Positions 1-10,123 of a DNA stretch of 64,000 bases are shown one piece after another. Numbering within the stretch: the first letter of the stretch is position 1; the number at the start of each line of letters is the position of its first letter. The position numbers and the translations under genes are program-made. Below the pieces are notes generated by a model, which saw only the letters and a program-made list of their open reading frames with translations, did not search any database and had not been told where the DNA came from. The stretch is taken from NCBI GenBank assembly GCA_903908245.1, contig CAIVRE010000022.1, positions 864-64,863 of the forward strand, in the 5' to 3' direction. The stretch is from Candidatus Omnitrophota bacterium (GTDB lineage Bacteria; Omnitrophota; Gorgyraeia; Zapsychrales; Fredricksoniimonadaceae).

Positions 1-2
1 CA

Positions 3-695
3 AAAACGGCGTGTTTGAAGTCGGGCCAAATTGTTTCAGACCATTTTGCTGATGTCAGCAAAATGGTTGATCTTGGGTCGGGTAGCCAGCGGCCTGTTGA
101 AGACATGAAGCTTACCCGGTATGCGTGTTATTTGATCGCGCAGAACGGTGATCCCCGCAAAGAACAGATTGCCTTTGCTCAAAGTTATTTTGCTATTCAG
201 ACGCGCAAGCAAGAGTTGCTGGAGGAGCGTATTGCGCTGGTAGAGCGCTTGCAAGCTCGTCAGAAATTGGCTGATACAGAGTCTAAGTTGTCAGGTATTG
301 TTTATGAACGTGGTGTTGATGGAGAGGGTTTTGCGCGGTTACGCAGTAAAGGCGATCAGGCGCTCTTTGGCGGTAATTCGACGCTGGATATGAAGAATAA
401 AATGGGGGTTCCTGTTAAGAAACCCTTGGCGGACTTTTTGCCTACGATAACGATCAAAGCGAAGGATCTGGCGGCTGAGATCACAGGCTTTAATACTAAG
501 AAAAATAATTTGCAAGGTGAACCATCTATTACGGGGGAGCACGTTAAAAATAATAGGGAAGTTCGGGAATTACTTGGAAAAAGCGGGATCAAACCGGAAT
601 TGTTGCCTCCTGAGGAAGATGTTAAAAAGCTGGCTCGTCGGCTTAATTCTGAAGGAAAAAAGATCGCAAAAGGTACAAAGAGAGTGAGGGGATAG
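3..695 (+). CDS. dinD: DNA damage-inducible protein D (5' truncated by window edge)
   Basis: Frame is open from the window start (KTACLKSGQ...). Contains the DinD signature DHFADVSKMVDLGSGSQR..D..LTRYACYLIAQNGDPRKEQIAFAQSYFAIQTRKQE. Confidence 0.88.
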   Translation, partial: KTACLKSGQIVSDHFADVSKMVDLGSGSQRPVEDMKLTRYACYLIAQNGDPRKEQIAFAQSYFAIQTRKQELLEERIALVERLQARQKLADTESKLSGIVYERGVDGEGFARLRSKGDQALFGGNSTLDMKNKMGVPVKKPLADFLPTITIKAKDLAAEITGFNTKKNNLQGEPSITGEHVKNNREVRELLGKSGIKPELLPPEEDVKKLARRLNSEGKKIAKGTKRVRG

Positions 696-806
696 CAGTA
701 CCATTTCGTGGATATGTACGACATTGTTAATCTGGCGACATAACGCTGTCGTTTATGGGTGTTATAGTCTTTGAGGTAGCCGGAAGGACTAATGAGGGAG
801 AATTGA

Positions 807-959
807 ATGGAAGGCCCGCTTGATGAATTCGTTGAATTTGACGCGATTGTCGGCGCGGATGTGGTTAAGTGTCCGGATTGCGGTGCAACAGTTGGTAAGA
901 GTTTACTATTTGATAATGAGATCAAGTGTCCGGATTGCGGCGAGTTGATCAAAGACTAA
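807..959 (+). CDS. 50-aa double CPxCG zinc-ribbon microprotein (not in ORF track)
   Basis: RBS GAGGGAG at 794-800, ATG at 807, TAA at 957-959. Translation MEGPLDEFVEFDAIVGADVVKCPDCGATVGKSLLFDNEIKCPDCGELIKD. An exact 17-bp internal repeat lies at 867-883 and 924-940. Confidence 0.75.
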   Translation: MEGPLDEFVEFDAIVGADVVKCPDCGATVGKSLLFDNEIKCPDCGELIKD

Positions 960-981
960 AAATATTGGAAAGTAGTATTTG

Positions 982-3900
982 ATGGCCCAAAGAACATCCC
1001 AAAACAATCTTATCGCACAGCTGACCGTCGTCGTTAGTCAGTATCCCCGTGTTGAAAAGGTTCTCATTTCCTCCGACAGGTCGACCGGTAACCACATCCT
1101 CCAGAATCTTGCCAGGACAGGAACGCCCTGGATAAATTTTAATGTGAAGACAGTGGCCTCACTGGCACAGGAACTCGTTGAAGGGCGTTTCATTGCCGGG
1201 GGTTTTCAGCCTCTTTCGTCTTTAGGTTCTCAGGCGGTACTTGATAGTGTCTTTAATGCGCTGGCTGACGCGGGTGAACTGAAATACTTTGAGAAGCACC
1301 CGGTAAATAAAGGCATTGTTGAAGCGTTGTTGAGGACCGTAAGTGAATTGCGCTTAAACGGGATAACGTCAGGCGACCTTAAAAAGGGATGTTTTATTCA
1401 TCCTCGTAAAGCAGCTGATATGCAGCTCATATTGGCGGAGTATGAAAAGACGCTTGAAGAGCAAAAGCTCATTGATAATGCCCGGCTTATGCTGATGGCG
1501 ATTGAGCAGTTAAAGCAGGGCGGTGTGCCGACGGGGCGCAAGTATTTTATATTATCGCGTCACTATCTGTGCGGTATTGAGCGAGCGTTCCTTGAAACGC
1601 TATGCGGGAAAGACCTGATCGTTATTGAAGAGGATCCGGCCACTGGCTTGCCGGTTCCATCAGACACATGGTTTGCTGAAGAAGTTTCTAAGCCGTTGGT
1701 GTGTGGTTCTGACATTGAACGGCTCAGGTGGTTGTTTCAAAGTGAAGCAGCACCGAAAGCTTTTAAAGACGGGACCATTGAATTATTTAGCGCTATAGGG
1801 TACAGGAATGAGGTTCGTGAAGTTCTTGGGCGTATCAGTGCTGAAAAGGTGCCGGTTGATGATGTTGAGGTGATCTACACGGACCCTGAAAGTTATAGTG
1901 AGATCATTTATTCTCTTTGCGAGAAGCTGAAGATCCCGGCGACGTTTGCTGATGGACAAAGTATCTTTATGACAGCCGCCGGTCGGACCTTTATGGGATT
2001 TTTGTTGTGGGTGAAAGAGGATTTTAGTGAGATCCATTTAAGGCATATCCTTGAATCATCAGGATTGGTAGATGTCCCAGGATCGACAACACTCGCCTTT
2101 CTTTTGCGGACAGCGGGGATCGGCTGGGGCAGGGATAGGTATGCTACAGTTCTAAATGGACAGATCTTGAAGAGTCAGCAGGAGGCCGCCGATCTTCGTA
2201 AAGAAGGCGAAATTATTGACGCCGAGCGTAAGGATGCAAAGGCCGGAAATCTTGCTGCGCTTAAGGCTGTATGTGAAGACTTGATCAAACTTGTTCCGCC
2301 TAAAGAAAAAGACGGCAGGATCGATTTCACAAAGTTCTGTGAGGGTTGTTTTACCTTCCTTGATAAGCACATGAAGAAGACGGACGATAATGACGCGGCT
2401 TTTGCGGGAATGGCATCGGATCGTCTTAAGATGTTGAGCGCTCTTATTAAAGGCCCCATGGTATTTGATGAGGCCGTGGAAAAGATATCTAATGCTATTT
2501 GCGGCATACGCGTGGGCGCTTCCGGGCCCAAGCCAGGGCATTTGCATGTGTCACAGTATCGAAAGGGCGGACGGTCAGGCCGTAATAGGACATTCATTGT
2601 GGGGCTTGATGAAGGTAAATTCCCAGCTAAGTCTGCGCAGGATCCTGTTCTCCTTGATGAAGAAAGAGCGAAGATCTCGAAAGGTCTGGAGCTTTCAACG
2701 GACAGGATGAGTAAGAATATTTATGACATGGCCTCCCTTATTGCCGGCTTACGCGGCAAGGTGACATTTAGCTATTCTGCCTACGATATCAAAGATGATC
2801 GGAAGGCTTTTCCGGCAGCCATTCTGTTGCAGGTTTTTCGTATCAGACAAGGGGATCCCGGTGCTGATTATGACGCTATGCTCAGCGCGATCGGTGAGCC
2901 GGCGGGTTTTGATCAGAGTTATGCCGGCAAGACGATCCTGGATGAAACAGACTGGTGGCTCGCACGCTTGATCGAAGACGGAGTTCTTAAAGATGCGCTG
3001 GGCGCGGTGCAGGAAACGCATGAGGGAATAGAGCCGGGTTTGCATGCGCGGACGATGAGGGCGGGTATTGCCCTGACGGCATATGACGGAAAGATAACTC
3101 CGCATGGCAGTGACCTTGACCCGCGTGAAAATACCGATCGGGTGATGTCTTGTTCAAGGTTGGAATCTGCTGCTAAATGCCCGTTTGCATACTTTGTAGA
3201 GAATGTGCTTCGAGTCAGGAAGCCAGATGAGGTTGAAAAGGACGAAGGGGCCTGGCTTGATGCCGCTGAGCGTGGAAAGTTGCTTCATGAAGTCTTTCAA
3301 ATTTTTATTAATAAGAGGACTGGCTCGAAGGCAACGGTTTCTGCATTAGATGAAGCGAAGGATATTGAGAAAATACTGAACGAGACAATAGTTAAATATA
3401 AGACGCTTGTACCTCCGCCCGGAGAGATCGTCTTCCAGAATGAATGCGTTCAACTTAAAAGAGATGTGGGCGTATTTCTTCACATCAACAGAGAACTCGG
3501 AACTGAACCGGTTGGTGCTGAGATGGCATTCGGGTTTAAGAAGGACGATGCTGTTAAGATCCCGCTTGGGAATGGCAAACATATTTCTCTCAGGGGGTCG
3601 ATTGACCGTGTTGATAAGGCAGGTACTTCGGAATACCGCGTATGGGATTACAAGACGGGCGGGACTTACTCATATAAAGATAAAGGATTTATCGCAGGCG
3701 GTACGCAGATACAGCATGCTTTGTATGCCATTGCGGCAGAAGAGATCCTTAAGCAAAGTGGTCAGGATAAGAATGCCAAAGTAATTTCCGCAGGATATTT
3801 GTTTCCAACGGAAAAAGGCACGAAAGACGGGCAGGGAGGGATATTCTCCCGCTCGACTAACAATAAGGATTTGTGGCAGTCGCCTTTGAATAAACTTTTG

Positions 3901-4071
3901 GACTTAATCGCGACAGGGACATTTGTTGTGAACAATAAAGACGTGTGTATCTTTTGTGATTATAAGGATATTTGCGGAGGCGCGACGGCGCGTGATTCCA
4001 TGGATGCGAAGATGGAGAATATTGAGAACAAAGCGCTGGAAGACTGGAAGCTGCTTAAGGAATATGACTAA
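982..4071 (+). CDS. addB: AddB-like helicase/nuclease subunit with C-terminal PD-(D/E)XK nuclease and Fe-S staple
   Basis: SRLESAAKCPFAYF, RGKLLHEV, RGSIDRVD..VWDYKTG, QHALY, CIFCDYKDIC. The stop overlaps the addA start. Confidence 0.8.
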   Translation: MAQRTSQNNLIAQLTVVVSQYPRVEKVLISSDRSTGNHILQNLARTGTPWINFNVKTVASLAQELVEGRFIAGGFQPLSSLGSQAVLDSVFNALADAGELKYFEKHPVNKGIVEALLRTVSELRLNGITSGDLKKGCFIHPRKAADMQLILAEYEKTLEEQKLIDNARLMLMAIEQLKQGGVPTGRKYFILSRHYLCGIERAFLETLCGKDLIVIEEDPATGLPVPSDTWFAEEVSKPLVCGSDIERLRWLFQSEAAPKAFKDGTIELFSAIGYRNEVREVLGRISAEKVPVDDVEVIYTDPESYSEIIYSLCEKLKIPATFADGQSIFMTAAGRTFMGFLLWVKEDFSEIHLRHILESSGLVDVPGSTTLAFLLRTAGIGWGRDRYATVLNGQILKSQQEAADLRKEGEIIDAERKDAKAGNLAALKAVCEDLIKLVPPKEKDGRIDFTKFCEGCFTFLDKHMKKTDDNDAAFAGMASDRLKMLSALIKGPMVFDEAVEKISNAICGIRVGASGPKPGHLHVSQYRKGGRSGRNRTFIVGLDEGKFPAKSAQDPVLLDEERAKISKGLELSTDRMSKNIYDMASLIAGLRGKVTFSYSAYDIKDDRKAFPAAILLQVFRIRQGDPGADYDAMLSAIGEPAGFDQSYAGKTILDETDWWLARLIEDGVLKDALGAVQETHEGIEPGLHARTMRAGIALTAYDGKITPHGSDLDPRENTDRVMSCSRLESAAKCPFAYFVENVLRVRKPDEVEKDEGAWLDAAERGKLLHEVFQIFINKRTGSKATVSALDEAKDIEKILNETIVKYKTLVPPPGEIVFQNECVQLKRDVGVFLHINRELGTEPVGAEMAFGFKKDDAVKIPLGNGKHISLRGSIDRVDKAGTSEYRVWDYKTGGTYSYKDKGFIAGGTQIQHALYAIAAEEILKQSGQDKNAKVISAGYLFPTEKGTKDGQGGIFSRSTNNKDLWQSPLNKLLDLIATGTFVVNNKDVCIFCDYKDICGGATARDSMDAKMENIENKALEDWKLLKEYD

Positions 4072-7000
4072 TGAGTAAACAATTGTATCCCGACCAGAAT
4101 GTAAGAGATAGGATCGCCTCAGAGTTCGACAGGAGTTTCTTTGTCGAGGCTGGCGCAGGTTCGGGTAAAACGCATAGTCTTGTGGATAGGATGGCGGGGC
4201 TTATACGTTATGGCCATGCCGGGATCGAGAATATTGCGGCAGTTACTTTTACCAGAAAGGCTGCGGCAGAGCTCAGAGAGAGGTTTCAGATCCGGCTTGA
4301 GAAGATCGTTCACGATAATACTGTACCTCAAGTAGAGAAGGACCGTGTCAGCAAAGCCCTGGCCAGCTTCGAGCAATCCTCTATAAGCACGATCCATTCA
4401 TTTTGTTCCCGGCTTTTACGCGAGCGGCCTGTTGAAGCGGGGATCGATCCTGGGTTTGAGGAGATCGAAGAGGCTGATGATGCCATATTCGCCGGCATCG
4501 TATGGGCCGAATATATTGAGAAACAGGGTTTCGCCAATAGTGCGGCGATAGGCTGGATGCAGGAAAATGGCATGTCGGCGCAGGCTCTTGTTGATATATA
4601 TCAAACGCTCGTCCAGTACCCGGATGTTGAGGTTTATAGAGAAGATGTCAGACGGCCGGATTTCACGGAAACCAGGAAATCAGTTAAAGCTCTGATTTTG
4701 GATTTGAAGGATAAGATCCCGGCGGATGAGCCGGATAAGGGCTGGGATGCTCTTCAGAAAATCGTCAGGAGATCGCTTAAGCTTTTTAGTATTGGATACC
4801 TTGAAGAGGACAGGCTTTTTGTTGTGTTGTTAAGAATGCTCAACAAGACAGCCGGAGTAACTCAGAACAGGTGGCCGGATAAACAGCTGGCTAAAGCTTA
4901 TGCTGAGGATTTTGTTAAATTTCAGAATGATGTCATAGCTCCAGCTATCCGGCAATGGTCCGAATATCTTCATAAGCCTCTTATTGAATTTGCGCTTGGT
5001 GGAGCTGCTTATTATGACCAGTGGAGAAGAGAGCGATCGACGCTGAATTTCCAGGACTTGCTCATGAGAACAGCAGATCTTCTGAGGAAGAATGAAGAAG
5101 TTCGTGCGTATTTTAAAGGCCGCATTAAATATTTGCTGGTCGACGAGTTTCAGGATACTGATCCAATACAAGCCCAGATCACTATGCTCCTGACGGGTGC
5201 TGATAATAAGGAAGCTGATTGGCGCAAGATAAAACCAAAGCCCGGCGCGCTTTTTCTTGTAGGCGACCCGAAACAGAGTATTTACAGGTTCCGTCGGGCA
5301 GATATTGATATTTATAATCAGGTTAAAGGGATATTTGGTCAAGGCGCTGGAGATATTGTTGCACTCACATCAAATTTCAGGTCTCTTGATCCTATCCGCG
5401 ATATTACCAACGACGTGTTCAAAGGCGCCTTCCCGGAGAAAGACTCCAAACATCAGGCTAAATTCGCTCCGCTGGATACGGTAAGGGGTGCTTCGGACGC
5501 CTACATGAATGGTATTTTTGTGAACGTGATCGGTAAGATCCGCAACAATCCTGCTGAGCTTATCGCTGTAGAAGACGCTGGTAAAATCGCCAATTGGATC
5601 CACTGGGCTGTTAACGGCGGGCTTAAACTTGAAAGAAAAGATCAGGCCGAAACGGATGATGCGAAGCCCGGTGATTTTATGATCATCGCTAAAGGCAAGA
5701 AACGACTTACCATCTATGCCAAGGCGCTTGAGGCTCTCGGCGTACCATACGAACTTTCTGGCGGGGAGAATTTTAGCAGTTCAGAAGAATTATATGAGAT
5801 CTATAAGATACTGAAAGCGGCCGCTGACCCCAGGGACCCTGTTGCGACGGTGGCGGCGCTTAGGGGGATGTTTATTGGCGCGAGCGATAATGATCTGTAT
5901 GAGTTTGCCAGAGAGGGTGGAAAGTTCGTCTATTTTCTGGAAGCGGATAAAGGGCCGGAGATAATTAAGACGGCTTTAAAGCGCCTGCGAAAATACAATA
6001 AGATGGCTGAACAGTATTCTCCTGTAACCGCTATTGAAATGATCATCGAGGATCTTGGGACCATACCACTGGCCATGTCGCAGGAGATGGGATCGAGCCG
6101 GGCGGGAAATATTTTCAAAGTGATCGAACTTTTTAGGGGGGCTAAGCCTAATAGCACATGTAGCTTTATTGAGCTTGTTGAGTATCTGCTGGATCTGAGG
6201 GAAAAGGCTAAGATTGAAGAGATGAGCCTGTTCCCGGCGACTTCTAAAGCGGTCAGGATCATGAATCTTCATAAGGCGAAAGGGCTGGAGGCACCGGTTG
6301 TTATTCTGGCTGATCCGGGGCCGAAGAAGGCTGGCTATGAGCCCGAGCGTCACATCGCACGAACGGGAGAGAAGTCAGTGGGGTGTTTCACGATCAGCCG
6401 TCCGGCGGGTGAGTTCCAGAATGAGATCGTTGCTTTGCCACGAAATTGGGAACAATATGCAGACGAAGAAAAGCTTTATGAGGATGCAGAAAAGGTCAGG
6501 CTCGATTATGTGGCCGTCACGCGGGCCAAGAATGTCTTGGTGGTTAGTACATATCATGATGGTGACCGGAGCAAGCCGTGGGAAGCGCTATACGGTTATT
6601 TAAAACAGATGCCGGCGCTTCCGCTGCCTGCTGCTGTTGACGCACAGAAACGAAAAGTCTTTACGATCGCGAAGACTCAATGGAAGGCTGAACAGGAGAA
6701 GATTGTCGCGTGTATTGAACAAATGACAATGGTCTCTTATCAGGCGATCAGCGCGACAGATATGGTCGAGAAGGCTGATGCCTTTGCCGGCGAGTCAAGA
6801 GGGCACGGCGCTGATTGGGGAACAGTTGTTCACCGCGCGCTTGAGCTGTGCGCCAAAGGACAGCGAAATGGACTGGATACTGCAGGGCCGGCATTGCTTG
6901 AAGAGAACGGTGTTCCGGCCGGAGATCTTGCTGCTCTCCTGAAAGTTGTCGATACGGCGATGAAACATGAGATCTGGCAGCGCATGGAGAAGGCAAAGGA

Positions 7001-7235
7001 GAAATATTTTGAAGTCCCGTTCTCTGGTACAGAAAAAGATGCCGTTGTCCGTGGTGTTATTGATATGATCTTTAAGGAGCAGGATGCCTGGGTTATCGTG
7101 GATTACAAGACCGACGATTTTAAAAAAGACCCCAAGCGCAAAGCGGCGTATGAAAGTCAGCTTGGAATATACGCCAAGTTTTGGGAAGAGATTGTGGGCG
7201 AGACGGTAAAGGAGAAGCTACTGCTGAGGGTGTAG
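4071..7235 (+). CDS. addA: AddA-like UvrD/SF1 helicase-nuclease
   Basis: AGAGSGKT, VTFTRKAAAELRER, LLVDEFQDT, VGDPKQSIYRFR, SNFRS, HKAKGLE, YVAVTRAK, C-terminal GVID..IVDYKT nuclease. Confidence 0.85.
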   Translation: MSKQLYPDQNVRDRIASEFDRSFFVEAGAGSGKTHSLVDRMAGLIRYGHAGIENIAAVTFTRKAAAELRERFQIRLEKIVHDNTVPQVEKDRVSKALASFEQSSISTIHSFCSRLLRERPVEAGIDPGFEEIEEADDAIFAGIVWAEYIEKQGFANSAAIGWMQENGMSAQALVDIYQTLVQYPDVEVYREDVRRPDFTETRKSVKALILDLKDKIPADEPDKGWDALQKIVRRSLKLFSIGYLEEDRLFVVLLRMLNKTAGVTQNRWPDKQLAKAYAEDFVKFQNDVIAPAIRQWSEYLHKPLIEFALGGAAYYDQWRRERSTLNFQDLLMRTADLLRKNEEVRAYFKGRIKYLLVDEFQDTDPIQAQITMLLTGADNKEADWRKIKPKPGALFLVGDPKQSIYRFRRADIDIYNQVKGIFGQGAGDIVALTSNFRSLDPIRDITNDVFKGAFPEKDSKHQAKFAPLDTVRGASDAYMNGIFVNVIGKIRNNPAELIAVEDAGKIANWIHWAVNGGLKLERKDQAETDDAKPGDFMIIAKGKKRLTIYAKALEALGVPYELSGGENFSSSEELYEIYKILKAAADPRDPVATVAALRGMFIGASDNDLYEFAREGGKFVYFLEADKGPEIIKTALKRLRKYNKMAEQYSPVTAIEMIIEDLGTIPLAMSQEMGSSRAGNIFKVIELFRGAKPNSTCSFIELVEYLLDLREKAKIEEMSLFPATSKAVRIMNLHKAKGLEAPVVILADPGPKKAGYEPERHIARTGEKSVGCFTISRPAGEFQNEIVALPRNWEQYADEEKLYEDAEKVRLDYVAVTRAKNVLVVSTYHDGDRSKPWEALYGYLKQMPALPLPAAVDAQKRKVFTIAKTQWKAEQEKIVACIEQMTMVSYQAISATDMVEKADAFAGESRGHGADWGTVVHRALELCAKGQRNGLDTAGPALLEENGVPAGDLAALLKVVDTAMKHEIWQRMEKAKEKYFEVPFSGTEKDAVVRGVIDMIFKEQDAWVIVDYKTDDFKKDPKRKAAYESQLGIYAKFWEEIVGETVKEKLLLRV

Positions 7236-7370
7236 TTTATATAATGAAGATTCAAAGTTAATTATTGCAGGAAGATTGAAGTCGTGGTTTAATAATGATG
7301 TTCCACATAGTGGCGGGAAAGCCGTCGCTGTGGGTGCCGAGATGTACCCTGCGCCAAAGCGGGGATACGG

Positions 7371-7424
7371 AGCCTAAATTCGACAGATTGCTTACAAAGC
7401 TATCTGTTGGGTTTAGGCTTTTTT
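7371..7424 (+). terminator. Long-stem intrinsic terminator/attenuator upstream of the terminase pair
   Basis: 18-bp stem AGCCTAAATTCGACAGAT / ATCTGTTGGGTTTAGGCT (with G-U pairs) followed by a T run. Confidence 0.65.
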
Positions 7425-7455
7425 ATTGGGATGTTAATCATGATGGGGGTGAGAT

Positions 7456-8169
7456 ATGGATCTAAATGACAACGGTTTGGGAGAAAGCGAGCCACTGGTC
7501 AGTGCTGTTCAGTTTTTTGACGATGCTTATTCAACAAGGAAAATTTTATCTCAAGAAGATCGTCTTGAGGTGGTCGATGGAATGCGGCTGGCGGGTCATA
7601 GCATTGCGGAGATTGCCGATGCGACTGGGGTGTCAGAAAAGACAGTTAAGCGCGATATCGAGGAAATAAAGAAAAGAAATGCTTTGAAACTCAACCCGGC
7701 ATTTGCGACTGAAATGGTTGGGGAGCTTATTCGGAAGGCAGGTCAACACTGGCAATCATTAAAATCGATGGCTCGTGATCAGTCGGGCAAGACTAATGAA
7801 AGAATTTTGGCAGAAAAACTGGCTTGGGATGTCGAGTTGAATCTTTGTCGAGAACTGCGTGAAATGGGATATTTGCCTTCTGCGCCCAAGACAGTTATGG
7901 GGCAGATATCGCATCAGGTAAATGTTAGCGCGGATAATACCTGGGAAGAGATTTTTCAGCAGTTCCAGCAGTTGAAGGAGTTGGCTGTTGATCATAATGG
8001 TGTGGTAAATGTTGAAATTCAACAAACATTGGAATTGCTGGGACCGGAGATTCAGGACGGGATCGCCCGGCAAAAAGCGCAAGAAACGTTAAGCGCATCG
8101 TATCAAAAGATAAAGGAGGTTCAAGATGGAAAAGAACGACGCATACCAGATGTTGGAGAAGAAACGTAA
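7456..8169 (+). CDS. HTH DNA-binding protein, probable terminase small subunit
   Basis: N-terminal HTH SIAEIADATGVSEKTVKRDIEEIKK followed by a helical body. Overlaps the terL start by 44 bp, the usual terS position. Confidence 0.55.
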   Translation: MDLNDNGLGESEPLVSAVQFFDDAYSTRKILSQEDRLEVVDGMRLAGHSIAEIADATGVSEKTVKRDIEEIKKRNALKLNPAFATEMVGELIRKAGQHWQSLKSMARDQSGKTNERILAEKLAWDVELNLCRELREMGYLPSAPKTVMGQISHQVNVSADNTWEEIFQQFQQLKELAVDHNGVVNVEIQQTLELLGPEIQDGIARQKAQETLSASYQKIKEVQDGKERRIPDVGEET

Positions 8170-9982
8170 AAAAGCGGCTCTTTCAAGTTTGGCCAATTTT
8201 CGTAAGGCATATTTGAATAATGCTGCGGATAGTTTCGAAGATTCGCCAGCACATTTTGAAATTATGGAATACTTGGACAATTTGTTAAAGAATCCAGGTA
8301 AGAAATTGGCATTGGCGGCACCTCGTGGTTTTGGAAAAACCGATGTTTTGACGAGTTTGATAATTTATGCTCTTTGCTTGAACAAGTATAATTATATAAT
8401 TATCCTTTCATGCACCGGGCATCAAGCCAGGGAAATGCTGAAAAATGCTAAAGCGCTAATTTTGGGTTGCCCGCTTTTGATGCGTGATTTTCCGGATTTG
8501 GCTTCAAAAGTTTTCACCTTGTCGTCTAGAAAGTTGCTTGAGGTAAATCATACGATCAAGATCGCAGCATTCGGGCTTAAGCAAGGGTTCCGTGGGACAA
8601 AACATGGGCGCAAAAGGCCGGATCTGGTGATAGTGGATGACCTTGACAGTGACAATTATTTACACAATAGAGACGTTAAGGAGAGAATGCGTGAAATTTT
8701 TAACGGCAAGGTGTTGCGGATCGGGCATGAGCGAACGAATATTATTATTACTGGAAATCTTTTTTCACGAAATACGCTGATCTGGGATGTTTTTAATGAG
8801 CCTGCTTACAGAGAATTTGACCACCTTAACTATCAGGCCATTAAGCATTTCCCTAAGAACATGGATCTTTGGGAGAAATATTTTAAGATTTTGACTTCTA
8901 CGGAGAGTTATAAAGGAAGGTCTGGTAAGGAAGTGGCAGGCGATTTTTATCAAGATAATCAGGAGGCCATGGATCACGAATTTGTATCGCTTTGGCCTAG
9001 CCGATGGAGTGCGACCGAATTGTTAACGCAGTTTTTATTAGATCCGGGCAGATTTAAGCGCGAAATGCAGAATGAACCGGCATCTGGTGCCGGGGTTTTT
9101 CCCAGAGAGGACTTAAGGTTCTGGAGGCCGTCATTTCAGTCCAGGAATGCTTTAATAGCATCATTTAGTAAGAATTATCAAGTCTGTATTGCTGTTGATC
9201 CAAGTTATGGCAATGAAGATGGGGACTTTTGCGCGATCGCTGTTGTTGCTAAAGACGGGGGCATCTACTATGTCCTGCAGGTTTTTTTGCTAAAGGTAAA
9301 AGCAAATGAGTTAATAGATAACATCTTTGCGATTGTTGAACGGGAGGGGCGCGCAGTGGTTGCTATTGAAGTTAATGGTGGACAGGAGTATTTGGCTTCA
9401 CGATTGGAGGCCGAGTCGGTAAAGCGGGGGATCCCGATTCATTTAGAAAGGATCACCCACAATAGCAAAACTTCAAAAGACGCTCGGATCAGCGGGCTAT
9501 CCTCATTGGTTAATACTGCGGCGCTATTATTTAATGACGAAGATACATTATTTATTGAACAAATGTGTGATTTTCCATTGGGTAAGCGCAAGGATGGTCC
9601 GGATGCCTTGGAAATGGCGGTAAGAACGCTGATGCCTATGAAGAACGGAGATGGCATTGCTTTTACTTTAGATGTTTTTCAACGAATGCAGAGCAGTTCT
9701 AAGAGTAACGATCCACAGGTTGATGAAACGGAGCTTCTATCGAATGGGTTAAAGGTGCTAAACACTCCAGGGGATTCAATCGACCACATAAACAAAATAT
9801 TTAGGAAGATGCATAGCCGTGACACAGGAGATAATGAGGTTGCTCCAAAACTTGCCTCTTCTGAGGTTAACTCAAATGGTGCTGCGAAAGCAGGTAGCTT
9901 GACACCAGAAAGTGTTTCTGAAGTGGTTCCTTCTGCAGGAGCAGTGTCAAATTATTGGCAAATTTATAAGACCATCCGATAA
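8126..9982 (+). CDS. terL: Phage terminase large subunit-like ATPase/nuclease
   Basis: RBS AAGGAGG. Walker A AAPRGFGKT, FRG..RPDLVIVDD Walker B, LWPSRW, FKREMQNEP, RNase H-fold IAVDPS..GDFCAIAVV, IEVNGGQ, SKDARI, FPLGKRKDGPDAL. Confidence 0.85.
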   Translation: MEKNDAYQMLEKKRKKAALSSLANFRKAYLNNAADSFEDSPAHFEIMEYLDNLLKNPGKKLALAAPRGFGKTDVLTSLIIYALCLNKYNYIIILSCTGHQAREMLKNAKALILGCPLLMRDFPDLASKVFTLSSRKLLEVNHTIKIAAFGLKQGFRGTKHGRKRPDLVIVDDLDSDNYLHNRDVKERMREIFNGKVLRIGHERTNIIITGNLFSRNTLIWDVFNEPAYREFDHLNYQAIKHFPKNMDLWEKYFKILTSTESYKGRSGKEVAGDFYQDNQEAMDHEFVSLWPSRWSATELLTQFLLDPGRFKREMQNEPASGAGVFPREDLRFWRPSFQSRNALIASFSKNYQVCIAVDPSYGNEDGDFCAIAVVAKDGGIYYVLQVFLLKVKANELIDNIFAIVEREGRAVVAIEVNGGQEYLASRLEAESVKRGIPIHLERITHNSKTSKDARISGLSSLVNTAALLFNDEDTLFIEQMCDFPLGKRKDGPDALEMAVRTLMPMKNGDGIAFTLDVFQRMQSSSKSNDPQVDETELLSNGLKVLNTPGDSIDHINKIFRKMHSRDTGDNEVAPKLASSEVNSNGAAKAGSLTPESVSEVVPSAGAVSNYWQIYKTIR

Positions 9983-10123
9983 GAAAAGGAGTGATTTTGA
10001 CTAAATGAGGGGGCTCAAGTGGTCTAGGCGGGGATGTCCCAACAAAACATACAATATTTTATAATCGCTTGTTATTAAACGACTTATAGAATTTATCCTG
10101 AATGATACTGGACAAAAGGGACA

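Noticed and set aside
356-952. 198-aa minus-strand ORF with repeated SPQSGHL
   Set aside because: It is the antisense shadow of dinD and the CPDCG microprotein. The repeat is explained by the + strand zinc-finger motifs.
10008-10040. tRNA D-loop-like string (CAAGTGGTCTAGGCG)
   Set aside because: No anticodon or T arm follows, so it cannot be folded as a tRNA.
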